A stretch of 64,000 bases of DNA. Origin: Candidatus Rifleibacteriota bacterium. Lineage in GTDB: Bacteria; Muiribacteriota; Ozemobacteria; Ozemobacterales; Ozemobacteraceae. The number at the start of each line of letters is the position of its first letter. The stretch's first letter is position 1. The DNA is taken from NCBI GenBank assembly GCA_015232575.1, contig JADFZL010000003.1:64001-128000 (forward strand), read 5' to 3'. Made by a program: the position numbers and the translations under genes. Below the pieces are notes generated by a model. The model was not told the origin of the DNA. It worked only from the letters and a program-made list of their open reading frames with translations, and did not search any database. This document shows, piece after piece, positions 40,750 through 50,539 of the stretch.

Positions 40750-41796
40750 TTAGAATCTGTAATATACAAGGCTATAATATTTTTCAGTAACTTCAAATGC
40801 AATTATCTTTCCCTGTGGTGAAACGACTCTGTGTCTTGGTAAATCTGGTGAAATAACTGTTTTTGGGTTAATAAAGTCTATTGATGAGAGAATTTTTCCT
40901 TCAGGGGATACTTTGAAAAATTTGTTGAAATGAATAATACCATCGTTATCGCATGCGGTAATTTCAACATATATGTTCCATAGTGCGTCTGTTCCAAGTA
41001 TTTTTCTGTTCACAATGTGTACATCTTTTGCTGTTGAAGTACCAATGCTGAATGATGCAATCTGAATTTCTGCAGCCGGTGATGCACAGCTGGACTTAAA
41101 CAGAGATGCGCTGGTATCGTTTTCTCCTCTTATTCCATAAGGTAGCCCATTGATGTCAGAGTAAACGGAAAGGTCTTTCTGACCCTGATACAGATCAATT
41201 ATTTCACCCGACGGATTAAATCGGAAAAGCCCACCTTTTATGAGGTTTTTTACTAGAACGTTTCCTCTTTTGTCTCTTCCAATGCAAAGCGAATCATTTA
41301 ATCCCTCTATTTCCACAATAGTCTCTCCAGCGTTTGAAATACGCTTTACCAAGCCATCGAAGGCTGAATATACGTAAAAACCGTTTTGTGGAGCCTGGGC
41401 AAAATCTGCAATCAGAGTTATCTTTTCATCTGTTGCTGTTGCAAGTTGAATTTTTGAAACAAGTGAACCATTTTTAGAAAAAAGTTTAAGCTTTCCGGCA
41501 ATTGAATCCAGTATCCAGGCAGATTCATTTTCAAGAACCATAAATGAGTAGGGAATTCCGTTTGTTATGCGGTCAACGTCCTGTATGTATCCACATACTT
41601 CTGATTCGCCTTCTCCGAAAGGAATTTTCATTAGCAATTCCGGAACCTGAGCTGAGGAAGCAAGAGGAGCAATGTATCTCTGCTGATTTGTCATGGTAAC
41701 TGATATTTTGTCATCTGCTGAAGCAAAACCACAATTAAAAAGACAGAGAAGAAACATTACGGAAACTGATATGCGTTGAGAACCGGAATTAAACAT
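40750..41796 (-). CDS. hypothetical secreted protein (possibly beta-propeller-like)
   Basis: Signal peptide 'MFLLCLFNCGFASA'; flanked by two paralogous M23 genes on the same strand. Confidence 0.5.
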   Translation of the reverse strand: MFNSGSQRISVSVMFLLCLFNCGFASADDKISVTMTNQQRYIAPLASSAQVPELLMKIPFGEGESEVCGYIQDVDRITNGIPYSFMVLENESAWILDSIAGKLKLFSKNGSLVSKIQLATATDEKITLIADFAQAPQNGFYVYSAFDGLVKRISNAGETIVEIEGLNDSLCIGRDKRGNVLVKNLIKGGLFRFNPSGEIIDLYQGQKDLSVYSDINGLPYGIRGENDTSASLFKSSCASPAAEIQIASFSIGTSTAKDVHIVNRKILGTDALWNIYVEITACDNDGIIHFNKFFKVSPEGKILSSIDFINPKTVISPDLPRHRVVSPQGKIIAFEVTEKYYSLVYYRF

Positions 41797-41854
41797 ATTC
41801 CCTCCAGATGGATATAATATTTTAGTTGTATTTCAATAGATGATATGGACATAA

Positions 41855-42784
41855 TTATTTTCCTGGAAGTGGCAAACCAGATACACTTCTTGGATCAACA
41901 TTAGCACCATTTTTCTTCATGCCCATGTGCAAATGCGCGCCAGTTGTCCATTCGCCAGTGTTGTCAGAGGCTGCAATCTGTTCGCCCATTGAAACTCTTC
42001 TTGGCGGGGAAACAAGACTTCTCTGAAGATGACAGCAGAATTGTTCGTAACCATTGTCATATCTGATGCGAACAAAATTTCCGCCGCCTGATTCGAAACC
42101 TGAATCTATAACAGTCCCATCGCCAAGGGCATTCAACCTTGTTCCATTAGGTACCGGAAGATCAATTCCATTGTGAAAGCTGTGTCCGAAAAGAGCTCTT
42201 GGTCCAAATTCAGAGGATGTACTTGAAGGCATGGGTGTGCAGGGTGGGGCACCAAATCTTCCCGATGAATTTCCCGCTGGAGAAGCAGGTGTTTCTTCTG
42301 ATACTGTATCATATCCACCGGAAGAGTTTTTCCTTCGAACCGGAACTCTGCCTGCTGGTTTATCTGGTGTTTCTACGTAATTTTGATGAATTAATGCTAC
42401 TCCACCGTCATATTCTATCTGATACCAGTCATCGTACGTTCCGATAATATTCACAGTGTCGCTTTCCTGAAAAGAACCTATTATTTCGCCCCAGGCGCTT
42501 TTTCGAATGTTCAGTGATGTTGGGACTCTGACTTTTCCAGCTATTACCCGACCGCCGTCTCCCATGCCATTTCCACGAGATATTTGAGAAGAAGCTCCAG
42601 AGGGCTTGGCATCAGTTGAAACTCCAAGGTCATGAGAGTTTAGCGTGGAATCCATGTCCAGTTTTTCTTCAGAAAATGCGTGCAGCATAAAAACGCATCC
42701 GTAAACCATTAAAAATATTATCCAGACAAATATGCCTTTACTCATTTTCCCCTCCTGAATCATTATTGCCTTCAATTTTAACAT
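41855..42784 (-). CDS. secreted M23-family metallopeptidase with SH3b domain (paralogue of 39316-40563)
   Basis: C-terminal ~120 aa about 70% identical to the other M23 ('RFGAPPCTPMPSSTSSEFGPRALFGH...GIDLPVPNGTRLNALGDG...HLHMG'). Confidence 0.8.
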   Translation of the reverse strand: MLKLKAIMIQEGKMSKGIFVWIIFLMVYGCVFMLHAFSEEKLDMDSTLNSHDLGVSTDAKPSGASSQISRGNGMGDGGRVIAGKVRVPTSLNIRKSAWGEIIGSFQESDTVNIIGTYDDWYQIEYDGGVALIHQNYVETPDKPAGRVPVRRKNSSGGYDTVSEETPASPAGNSSGRFGAPPCTPMPSSTSSEFGPRALFGHSFHNGIDLPVPNGTRLNALGDGTVIDSGFESGGGNFVRIRYDNGYEQFCCHLQRSLVSPPRRVSMGEQIAASDNTGEWTTGAHLHMGMKKNGANVDPRSVSGLPLPGK

Positions 42785-42877
42785 ATCTTACCGACTTTTC
42801 TATAATAGGTTTCAAAATTCTTTTTTTTTTGATGAAAATTTGATAGAATTGGGAATTACAGTCACCCGGAGGGAAAA

Positions 42878-43813
42878 ATGAGAATTCTTGTAACAGGCGG
42901 AGCAGGCTTCATCGGCTCACATCTTACAGATAAACTTGTAAGTATGGGGCATAAAGTTCTTGTAGTTGATAATTTTATTACTGGTCGTCGCGAAAATCTT
43001 GAGAAGCACATTGGCAAAGACGACGTTGCGATTATCGAACATGACATCTCCAAGCCTGTGTATTTCGGAGAAAAAATAGATCGGATCTTTCATCTGGCAT
43101 CACCCGCCAGCCCAATAGATTATCAGAAGCATCCGATTCCGACTCTTAAAGTTGGAGGGCTCGGAACACATAACGCTCTTGGAATTGCAAAATTTCACAA
43201 AGCCCGGATTTTAATATCTTCAACCTCAGAAGTCTACGGCGACCCAGAAGAGCATCCACAGAAAGAAACTTACTGGGGGCATGTAAACCCGGTTGGCGAA
43301 AGAAGCTGTTATGATGAATCAAAAAGATTTGCTGAAGCCCTGATGATGGCATATCACAGGTGTCACGGTGTTGATACGAGAATAGCACGAATATTTAACA
43401 CCTATGGTCCAAGGATGCGCCTGAATGATGGTCGGGTGGTGCCGGCGTTTGTTTCTCAAATGCTTCGAAATGAAAAATTGACTGTGTTCGGTGATGGTTC
43501 GCAAACCAGGTCTTTCTGTTACGTTTCTGATATGGTTGATGGCCTTATTGCTCTTATGGAAAAAGGTGATAATCTTCCCGTTAACATTGGTAATCCACAG
43601 GAAATCACGATCCTTGAGTTTGCCCGGAGAATTTCCGAAATCGCACAGATTAAATCAGAAATCAATTTCCAGCCGCTTCCGGCAGATGACCCGAAGAGAA
43701 GGCGCCCCGATATTACCAGGGCAAAAACAATTCTTGGATGGGAGCCGAAAAAAAGCCTCGAAGAAGGTTTGAAAGAAACAATCTCTTGGGCAAAGTCCTT
43801 GAACAGGATTTGA
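42878..43813 (+). CDS. UDP-glucuronate decarboxylase (UDP-xylose synthase)-like NAD-dependent epimerase/dehydratase
   Basis: '[13 protein letters not shown]' Rossmann motif, 'YDESKR' YxxxK catalytic motif, '[12 protein letters not shown]' typical of UXS/ArnA-type SDRs. Confidence 0.75.
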   Translation: MRILVTGGAGFIGSHLTDKLVSMGHKVLVVDNFITGRRENLEKHIGKDDVAIIEHDISKPVYFGEKIDRIFHLASPASPIDYQKHPIPTLKVGGLGTHNALGIAKFHKARILISSTSEVYGDPEEHPQKETYWGHVNPVGERSCYDESKRFAEALMMAYHRCHGVDTRIARIFNTYGPRMRLNDGRVVPAFVSQMLRNEKLTVFGDGSQTRSFCYVSDMVDGLIALMEKGDNLPVNIGNPQEITILEFARRISEIAQIKSEINFQPLPADDPKRRRPDITRAKTILGWEPKKSLEEGLKETISWAKSLNRI

Positions 43814-43817
43814 AAAT

Positions 43818-44369
43818 ATGCATAATGATATTTCCAGAATATTAATTTCCAATGACCAGATAAAAGAACGTATTAAATCAATCGGTGAACAGATTACTTT
43901 CGACTATTCCGGTGAAGAACTTGTAGTAGTGTGTATTTTAAAGGGAGCTTTCATCTTCGGGGCAGATCTGTGCAGGGAAATTAACCTTCCGCTGAAATTC
44001 GAATTCATGTCGATAAGTTCTTATGGCAACGCCACCACAAGTTCCGGAATTGTAAGAATAATCAAGGATTTGAACGAAAGCATTGAAGGAAAAAACGTTC
44101 TAATCGTTGAAGATATTATTGATACTGGCTTGACAGTAAGCTATCTAGCTTCTTTATTGACAGCCAGAAAACCCAAATCATTAAAAATCTGTTCCCTTTG
44201 CAGCAAGCCTCAATGCCATAAAACTGAGGTTAAAATTGATTATTTCGGTTTCGAATTGCCAAGTGAGTTTGTTGTTGGCTATGGACTTGATTTCAGGGAT
44301 CTTTATCGGAATCTGCCTTACATTGGAGTTTTGAAGTCTGATATTTATACCAGATTTCTTGAAAATTAA
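43818..44369 (+). CDS. hpt: hypoxanthine phosphoribosyltransferase
   Basis: PRPP-binding motif 'VLIVEDIIDTGLT'; size and layout of 6-oxopurine PRTases. Confidence 0.85.
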   Translation: MHNDISRILISNDQIKERIKSIGEQITFDYSGEELVVVCILKGAFIFGADLCREINLPLKFEFMSISSYGNATTSSGIVRIIKDLNESIEGKNVLIVEDIIDTGLTVSYLASLLTARKPKSLKICSLCSKPQCHKTEVKIDYFGFELPSEFVVGYGLDFRDLYRNLPYIGVLKSDIYTRFLEN

Positions 44370-44439
44370 GAAATAATGGATATTAAGAACACCGAATTAT
44401 TCGGGCAAATATGAAACAATAAGAAAAATAAAGAAAATT

Positions 44440-45096
44440 ATGAAAACTTTTAAAGAATTTACTTTTGATAGCTTGCATTGTTTAAGATATGTTCTTGGTC
44501 CGCTTGATGTAAACACTTATCTTGTGTATGACAATGACACAAAAGACGCAATTATCGTTGATCCGGCATGGTATTCTGATTCCCTTCTCGGCGAGATTTC
44601 AAGCAGGCAGGTTAACCTTAAGGGAATTTTTCTCACTCACGGTCACTGCGACCATATTGTTGATATTGACACATTCAGAAAAAATTTCAATTTGAATGTA
44701 CATATATCTGCTGAAGATTCAAAAATGCTGGAAGATGCCACTTTGAATCTGTCATTTTTTATCGGACAGGAAGCAATTTTTTCTCCAGCTGAGAAGTTAC
44801 TGAAATCTGGAGATAAATTTTCAGTCGGAAAAAACGAATTTGAGGCAGTTCTTGTTCCGGGTCACACACCCGGTGGGATGATTTTTGTATTTGAAAAATT
44901 TATTCTGAGCGGTGATACAATATTTGCCGGAGGAATCGGCAGGTCAGATTTTCCGGGAGGAAATCACAAACAGCTTGTAAATGCTATCAAAAAAAACATT
45001 CTTAATTCTGAAAGAGACAAAACATTATTTCCCGGCCATGGCCCCGAATCTACTATACAAACAGAAAAACTGTCCAACCCATTTTTAGATGGGTAA
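44440..45096 (+). CDS. MBL-fold metallo-hydrolase (glyoxalase-II-like)
   Basis: 'LTHGHCDH' HxHxDH zinc motif. Confidence 0.8.
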   Translation: MKTFKEFTFDSLHCLRYVLGPLDVNTYLVYDNDTKDAIIVDPAWYSDSLLGEISSRQVNLKGIFLTHGHCDHIVDIDTFRKNFNLNVHISAEDSKMLEDATLNLSFFIGQEAIFSPAEKLLKSGDKFSVGKNEFEAVLVPGHTPGGMIFVFEKFILSGDTIFAGGIGRSDFPGGNHKQLVNAIKKNILNSERDKTLFPGHGPESTIQTEKLSNPFLDG

Positions 45097-45119
45097 AGCA
45101 AGACAAGATTTTGTCTGCA

Positions 45120-45160
45120 GATTATACAGATTACGCAGATTTTGAATCTTCTCAATAATC
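45120..45160 (+). repeat. copy D of a short repeat family with three tandem 9-bp units (GCAGATTAT ACAGATTAC GCAGATTTT)
   Basis: Aligns to the reverse complement of 55408-55450 over about 45 nt; sits just 3' of a hairpin after the MBL gene stop. Confidence 0.65.
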
Positions 45161-45279
45161 AGGGCTTTGGTATTTGTTTTTCGGGAATTGTTATTGAATA
45201 ATTAAAATTTGACACAGCCTGTCTTATAGTGCTAAGATACTATGATTTTTTTAGTTGACTTATCTTATTAACTTCTGCA

Positions 45280-46431
45280 TTGAAAGGAAAACAAATCTTG
45301 AATCTTGAATTTGATGAAAGAGACAAAGAGTTGTTGGCCTGCTGGCAGGATTTTGCCAAAAATGGTCTGAACAGAATAACTGCTTCGTTAGAAACTGAAT
45401 CTGCAATAACATCAGATTCGCTTCAGGTGCTCAGGGAAGCCGGTCTTCTAAAGTATTTTCTTCCGAAAAACCTCGGGGGAGAGGAACTTGGCTTTACTTC
45501 TCTCGCACTGCTTCTTGAGGAAATAGGACAGATTTCTCCAATTACCGCACTTTTGATTGCAAATCAGGTGATACTCGGTATAAGAGGCTTCCTCAGATAT
45601 TCGAATGACTCTCAGCGTGAAAAATTTGCAGTTGACGCAGCAAATTTTGAAAATATTGTTTCGCTTGCGGTTTCCGAAAATAACGCTGGAAGCGACTTAT
45701 CACTGATAAGCACTTCCTATTTTGATAAAACCGATAAATTCGTAATTTCCGGAAAAAAGGCTTTTGTAAATTTTGCCTGTATTGCAAAATCGGTGCTTGT
45801 TCTCGCAAAGAAAGATTTGCCGGATCAGGGATCTGAAGTATCTATGCTTGCTCTCGCATTGCCAACCGATAAGGTAAAATTCAGCCCTTCTCTTCCAACT
45901 CTCGGTATGAATGGAATGTGTGCTTCGGAAGTAGATCTTTCCGAGGCAGAGGTTTCAAAATCATCAATTTTTGGTGCCACGGGATGCGGAATTGACGTTT
46001 TTAATCGTTTAATGAAAGAATTCAGAATCTGTATTGCGGCCATTGCAACCGGAATTGCCCAGGGGTCTTTCAACCAGGCTGTAAATTATGCAAAAACCCG
46101 GAAGCAGTTTGGGAAGCCAATCGGTTCATTTCAGGGCCTTCAGTGGAGATTTTCTGACCATGCCACCAGAATTGATGCCTCCAGATTACATGTCTGGAAA
46201 GCTATTGAAGAAGTTTCCGAAAAGATCTTTTCAGGTCGTAATTCCGCTATGGCAAAAATTTATTCAACCGAAACTGCCTGCATGGTAACTGATTTTGCAC
46301 TTCAGGTTCTTGGAAGTTCAGGCTATGTAAAGGGTTCGCTGAGTGAAAAACTTTTCAGGGACAGCAGGTTTCTGAGAATGAGTTATGGCTCGTCAGAAAG
46401 ATTAAAAGACTTTTTGACCGATTATTTGTAA
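45280..46431 (+). CDS. acyl-CoA dehydrogenase family protein
   Basis: TTG start; ACAD-like middle and C-terminal domains ('FGKPIGSFQGLQWRFSD'). Confidence 0.7.
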   Translation: MKGKQILNLEFDERDKELLACWQDFAKNGLNRITASLETESAITSDSLQVLREAGLLKYFLPKNLGGEELGFTSLALLLEEIGQISPITALLIANQVILGIRGFLRYSNDSQREKFAVDAANFENIVSLAVSENNAGSDLSLISTSYFDKTDKFVISGKKAFVNFACIAKSVLVLAKKDLPDQGSEVSMLALALPTDKVKFSPSLPTLGMNGMCASEVDLSEAEVSKSSIFGATGCGIDVFNRLMKEFRICIAAIATGIAQGSFNQAVNYAKTRKQFGKPIGSFQGLQWRFSDHATRIDASRLHVWKAIEEVSEKIFSGRNSAMAKIYSTETACMVTDFALQVLGSSGYVKGSLSEKLFRDSRFLRMSYGSSERLKDFLTDYL

Positions 46432-46454
46432 ATTTTTATCGCCAGGTAGAACAG

Positions 46455-47243
46455 ATGAATATTATTGTAACCGTTAAACAGGTTCCGGATACAAATGATG
46501 TCAGAATTGATCCGGAAACAGGAACTTTGATCAGAGAAGGCGTCCCCAGTATCGTCAACCCCGAAGATCGACATGCAGTTGAAATGGCTGTAGAGCTGCG
46601 TGAACGCATCGGCTCAGGAAAAGTGACCGTTATTTCAATGGGTCCGCCGCAGGCCGAAGTGGCTTTGCGCGAAGTCCTGGCTATGGGTGCCGATGAAGCG
46701 ATTTTATTGTCCGACCGGGCTTTTGCAGGTGCTGATACTCTTGCAACTGCATACACGCTTATGCTTGCAGTTCGGAAACTCGGAAAATATGATCTTATAA
46801 TTTGTGGCAGACAGGCTATTGATGGTGACACTGCACAGGTTGGACCGCAATTGGCAGAATTTCTCGGAATTCCGCAGATTACTTATGCTCTTGATGTTGA
46901 AATTGTTGAAGGAAAACTGAGAGCACTTCGTCAGCTTGATGACGGCACTCAAACTCTTGAAACTCCTTTGCCCGCTCTTTTAACGTGCATCAAGGAATCA
47001 AATACGCCGCGTATTCCGACCCTTAAAGGCTGCATAACAGCTTATAGACACAAGACTGTTCAGGTCTGGAATGCTTCTTATGTTCAGGCACCTGCTGAAT
47101 CAATTGGTCTTAAGGGTTCACCAACTCAGGTTAGACGCACTTTTCAGCCGCCTTCACGTGGTGAAGGACTTGTATTAACTGGTGACGTTTCTGACAGTGT
47201 TAATACTGTGATTGGAAAATTAAGAGAAAAGGGTCTATTTTAG
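46455..47243 (+). CDS. etfB: electron transfer flavoprotein beta subunit
   Basis: 'MNIIVTVKQVPDTNDVRIDPETGTLIREGVPSIVNPEDRHAVE' canonical EtfB N-terminus. Confidence 0.9.
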   Translation: MNIIVTVKQVPDTNDVRIDPETGTLIREGVPSIVNPEDRHAVEMAVELRERIGSGKVTVISMGPPQAEVALREVLAMGADEAILLSDRAFAGADTLATAYTLMLAVRKLGKYDLIICGRQAIDGDTAQVGPQLAEFLGIPQITYALDVEIVEGKLRALRQLDDGTQTLETPLPALLTCIKESNTPRIPTLKGCITAYRHKTVQVWNASYVQAPAESIGLKGSPTQVRRTFQPPSRGEGLVLTGDVSDSVNTVIGKLREKGLF

Positions 47244-47253
47244 GGAGCAGATA

Positions 47254-48465
47254 ATGGCAATCGAAATCTCCAGAGAAAAATGTGTAGGATGCGGGCTTTG
47301 TCTAAAGGCTTGCCCCTACGATGCAATAGATCTTACAGAGCGCAAAGCTTCGCTCAACGAAAAATGTGTGCATTGCGGAAGCTGTGTTGACAGTTGTAAA
47401 TTTGCAGCGATTCTTTCTGTTTCAGATGGCACTCAGAAAAGAGATCTATCGGATTTTAAGGGCATTGCTGTTTTCGCAGAAAGAAAAGGCAACGACCTGG
47501 CAAAGGTTACGCTTGAACTTCTCGGTTGTGGAAGGGCACTGGCTGACAAACTTGGCGTTCCGCTCAAAGCGGTTCTTCCATGCGGCAGCGCTGCCGATAT
47601 GCCCCTGAAAATGATTGGATATGGTGCAGATGAAGTTATCGTTGTAGAACATGATGAACTCAATGATTACAGAACAGCACCCTATACCAGAGCATGCGTT
47701 TCTGTACTTGCAGATATAAAGCCGGAGATATTTCTCATCGGAGCCACACCGCAGGGAAGAGATTTGGCCCCGCGTGTTGCAAACAGGCTTCGCACTGGAT
47801 TGACCGCCGACTGTACATCATTGGCAATAGAAGACAATACCGGGTTGCTGATGCAGACCAGACCAGCTTTTGGTGGGAATGTCATGGCAACAATAGTATG
47901 TCCTAATCATCGCCCTCAGATGTCTACCGTTCGGCCGGGCGTAATGAAATCAATTAAGTTCGATCAGGCAAGAAAAGGAATTGTCAGAACACTTCCTGTG
48001 ACATTCAAACCCGTCGATTTGAATGTGCTGATTCTTGAGGTTGTTAATGATACTTGCAGAAAGATTGATATTTCTGAAGCTTCAATAATTGTTGCCGGTG
48101 GCAGAGGTGTTGGAAATCCTGCTGGATTCAGAATGATTGAAGAACTTGCATCATCTCTTGGCGGCCAGGTTGGAGCATCAAGAGCTGCAGTTGAATCAGG
48201 CTGGATAAGCCACGATCATCAGGTTGGACAGACAGGTAAATCTGTCAGCCCGAAACTTTATATCGCCTGCGGAATAAGCGGTGCTATTCAGCATCTCGCT
48301 GGTATTTCAGGTGCAGACTGCATTATTGCTATCAATAAAGACCCGGAATCACCAATGGTAAAAGCAGCTGATTATGCAATAATTGGTGATCTGAACCAGG
48401 TTGTGCCATCATTTACAAAAGAAATCAATAGAATTCGCAAGGAGTCTCAAGGTGATAGAATTTAA
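47254..48465 (+). CDS. etfA: electron transfer flavoprotein alpha subunit with N-terminal 2x[4Fe-4S] ferredoxin domain
   Basis: Two CxxCxxCxxxCP motifs ('CVGCGLCLKACP', 'CVHCGSCVDSC') followed by EtfA FAD-binding domain ('IACGISGAIQHLAG'). Confidence 0.85.
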   Translation: MAIEISREKCVGCGLCLKACPYDAIDLTERKASLNEKCVHCGSCVDSCKFAAILSVSDGTQKRDLSDFKGIAVFAERKGNDLAKVTLELLGCGRALADKLGVPLKAVLPCGSAADMPLKMIGYGADEVIVVEHDELNDYRTAPYTRACVSVLADIKPEIFLIGATPQGRDLAPRVANRLRTGLTADCTSLAIEDNTGLLMQTRPAFGGNVMATIVCPNHRPQMSTVRPGVMKSIKFDQARKGIVRTLPVTFKPVDLNVLILEVVNDTCRKIDISEASIIVAGGRGVGNPAGFRMIEELASSLGGQVGASRAAVESGWISHDHQVGQTGKSVSPKLYIACGISGAIQHLAGISGADCIIAINKDPESPMVKAADYAIIGDLNQVVPSFTKEINRIRKESQGDRI

Positions 48466-49597
48466 ACTTACTCCGGAACAGGAGCTTATAAGAGCCTCTG
48501 CACGCGAATTTGCCGCTAAACACATTGCTCCTTATGCAGCTGAATTAGATGAAAAACAGGAATTCTCATGGGAAATAGCCCGAAAGATGTCTGAACAAGG
48601 TTATTTCGGGATTACAGCCCCTGTAGAATATGGCGGTGCAGGTGCAGATACCCTTACATATTGTCTGATTATTGAGGAAATATCGCGGGCCTGCGCCGGG
48701 CATGGTGTTACCATGTCTCTGACAAATTCTCTTGTCGCTCATCCAATTGCAACTTATGGCTCTGAAGAGATAAAACAGAAGTATCTTGTACCACTTTCTT
48801 CCGGAAAAAAGCTTGGATGCTTTGCATTGACAGAACCAAACGCCGGATCAGATTCAGCTAACCAGGAAACAATAGCAGTTCCAGACGGTGACAGTTGGAT
48901 ATTAAATGGCAGCAAGATATTTATTTCTAATGGCGGTGTTGCTGACTTTGCTGTAGTAATTGCATCTACAAATAAAAAAGCCAGAATACGCGGTTTGACG
49001 GCTTTTATTGTCGATAAAGATTCACCTGGTTTTTCTGTTGGTGTGAAGGAAAATAAGCTTGGAATACGTTCTTCAAATACCTGTGAATTGGTATTTCAAA
49101 ATTGCAGAATTCCCAAAGAAAATATTCTTTCAACACCGGGAAGAGGCTTCAGAATTGCAATGGACACTCTTGACGGCGGAAGAATCGGCGTTGGGGCTCA
49201 GGCAGTTGGAATTGCTGAAGCAGCCTATCAGGCTTCACTGAAATACGCGCATGAAAGAAAACAGTTCGGCAGCTCAATTATCCACTTTCAGGGAATTGCC
49301 CACAAGCTTGTAGAAATGAAAACTGAGATTGAAACTGCCAGATTACTGACCTGGAAAGCTGCATGGCTGAAAGATAATAAAAAGCGATTTGCAAAAGATG
49401 CTGCCATGGCAAAACTGTATGGTTCAGAAATGTCGACAAAAGTCTGCCACCAGGCAATCCAGATTCATGGCGGATATGGTTTCATTAAAGACTATCCGGT
49501 TGAGAGATATTACCGCGATGCCAGAATTACTGAAATTTATGAAGGTACCAGCGAAGTACAGAGAATGGTTATTGCCTCTTATGTTCTGGGCGTTTGA
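48452..49597 (+). CDS. short/butyryl-chain acyl-CoA dehydrogenase
   Basis: GTG start 48452 after AAGGAG (MIEFKLTPEQ...); ACAD signatures 'CFALTEPNAGSD' and 'YEGTSEVQRMVIA'. Confidence 0.85.
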   Translation: MIEFKLTPEQELIRASAREFAAKHIAPYAAELDEKQEFSWEIARKMSEQGYFGITAPVEYGGAGADTLTYCLIIEEISRACAGHGVTMSLTNSLVAHPIATYGSEEIKQKYLVPLSSGKKLGCFALTEPNAGSDSANQETIAVPDGDSWILNGSKIFISNGGVADFAVVIASTNKKARIRGLTAFIVDKDSPGFSVGVKENKLGIRSSNTCELVFQNCRIPKENILSTPGRGFRIAMDTLDGGRIGVGAQAVGIAEAAYQASLKYAHERKQFGSSIIHFQGIAHKLVEMKTEIETARLLTWKAAWLKDNKKRFAKDAAMAKLYGSEMSTKVCHQAIQIHGGYGFIKDYPVERYYRDARITEIYEGTSEVQRMVIASYVLGV

Positions 49598-49618
49598 TAT
49601 ATTTTTCTGGAGAGAGAA

Positions 49619-50539
49619 ATGATTGAGACTGAAAATTTTTTCGATACTCTGTTAGAGCGATCAAAGTGGAAAAGCGTTGTCAGGCTTGCTGTACCTGTTG
49701 CACAGGACGAAGCATGTGCTTCAGCTATAATTAAGGCCGTTAAAGCCGAAATTATTGAAGCTATATTGATTGGAAATCCAGTAGAACTCAAGAATTTCTA
49801 TTCGGAAATTCTTGATTGCAGCGGTGTAAAGATCATATCGTCCATGGAACCTGAGGAAGCTTGTAAAAAGGCTGTTGAACTTGTAAGAAATGATGAAGCT
49901 GATCTGCTGATGAAGGGACTTGTATCAACTTCTACAATATTAAAGGCAGTTCTGAATTCGCAGACTGGAATTAAGAGAAATCCTCTTCTTTCGCATCTCG
50001 CATTCTTTGAACTGAGAAACTACCCCGGCTTGAAACTTCTCACTGATGCTGCAATCAATATTGCTCCAGATGCTGATGCTCTTGGAAAGATTGCCGCAAA
50101 TGCTGTTGAAGCATATAAAAATCTTACCGGAAAAACCCCGAAAGTAGCACTTCTTTCAGCAAATGAAAAAGTATCTGAAAAAGTATCAAGTACTGTTTTA
50201 GCAAAAACAGTATCAGAGAAAATGAGTAGTTTTGAAGGCGCTGTTATTTCCGGACCCGTGTCACTTGATCTTGCAATCAGCCCCGAATCAGTAAAAATTA
50301 AAAAATTCACCGGAAGCATTCAGGGCGATGCTGATATTCTGGTCGCACCCAGAATCGAAACCGGGAATGTTTTGTATAAATCTCTTCAGTATTTTGCCAG
50401 GGCAAAAATGGGCGGTGTCGTTTTTGGTGCAAAATGTCCTGTTGTTCTTACCTCAAGATCTGATAGCAATGAAACAAAATTGAATTCACTTTTGCTCGGA
50501 ATAAGTCTTTTAAGATCAAAAACCGGACCAAGCAAATGA
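49619..50539 (+). CDS. phosphate butyryltransferase / phosphate acyltransferase family
   Basis: Pta/Ptb-type fold: 'ADLLMKGLVST' and 'SANEKVSEKVSSTVLAK' regions; size about 300 aa. Confidence 0.7.
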   Translation: MIETENFFDTLLERSKWKSVVRLAVPVAQDEACASAIIKAVKAEIIEAILIGNPVELKNFYSEILDCSGVKIISSMEPEEACKKAVELVRNDEADLLMKGLVSTSTILKAVLNSQTGIKRNPLLSHLAFFELRNYPGLKLLTDAAINIAPDADALGKIAANAVEAYKNLTGKTPKVALLSANEKVSEKVSSTVLAKTVSEKMSSFEGAVISGPVSLDLAISPESVKIKKFTGSIQGDADILVAPRIETGNVLYKSLQYFARAKMGGVVFGAKCPVVLTSRSDSNETKLNSLLLGISLLRSKTGPSK

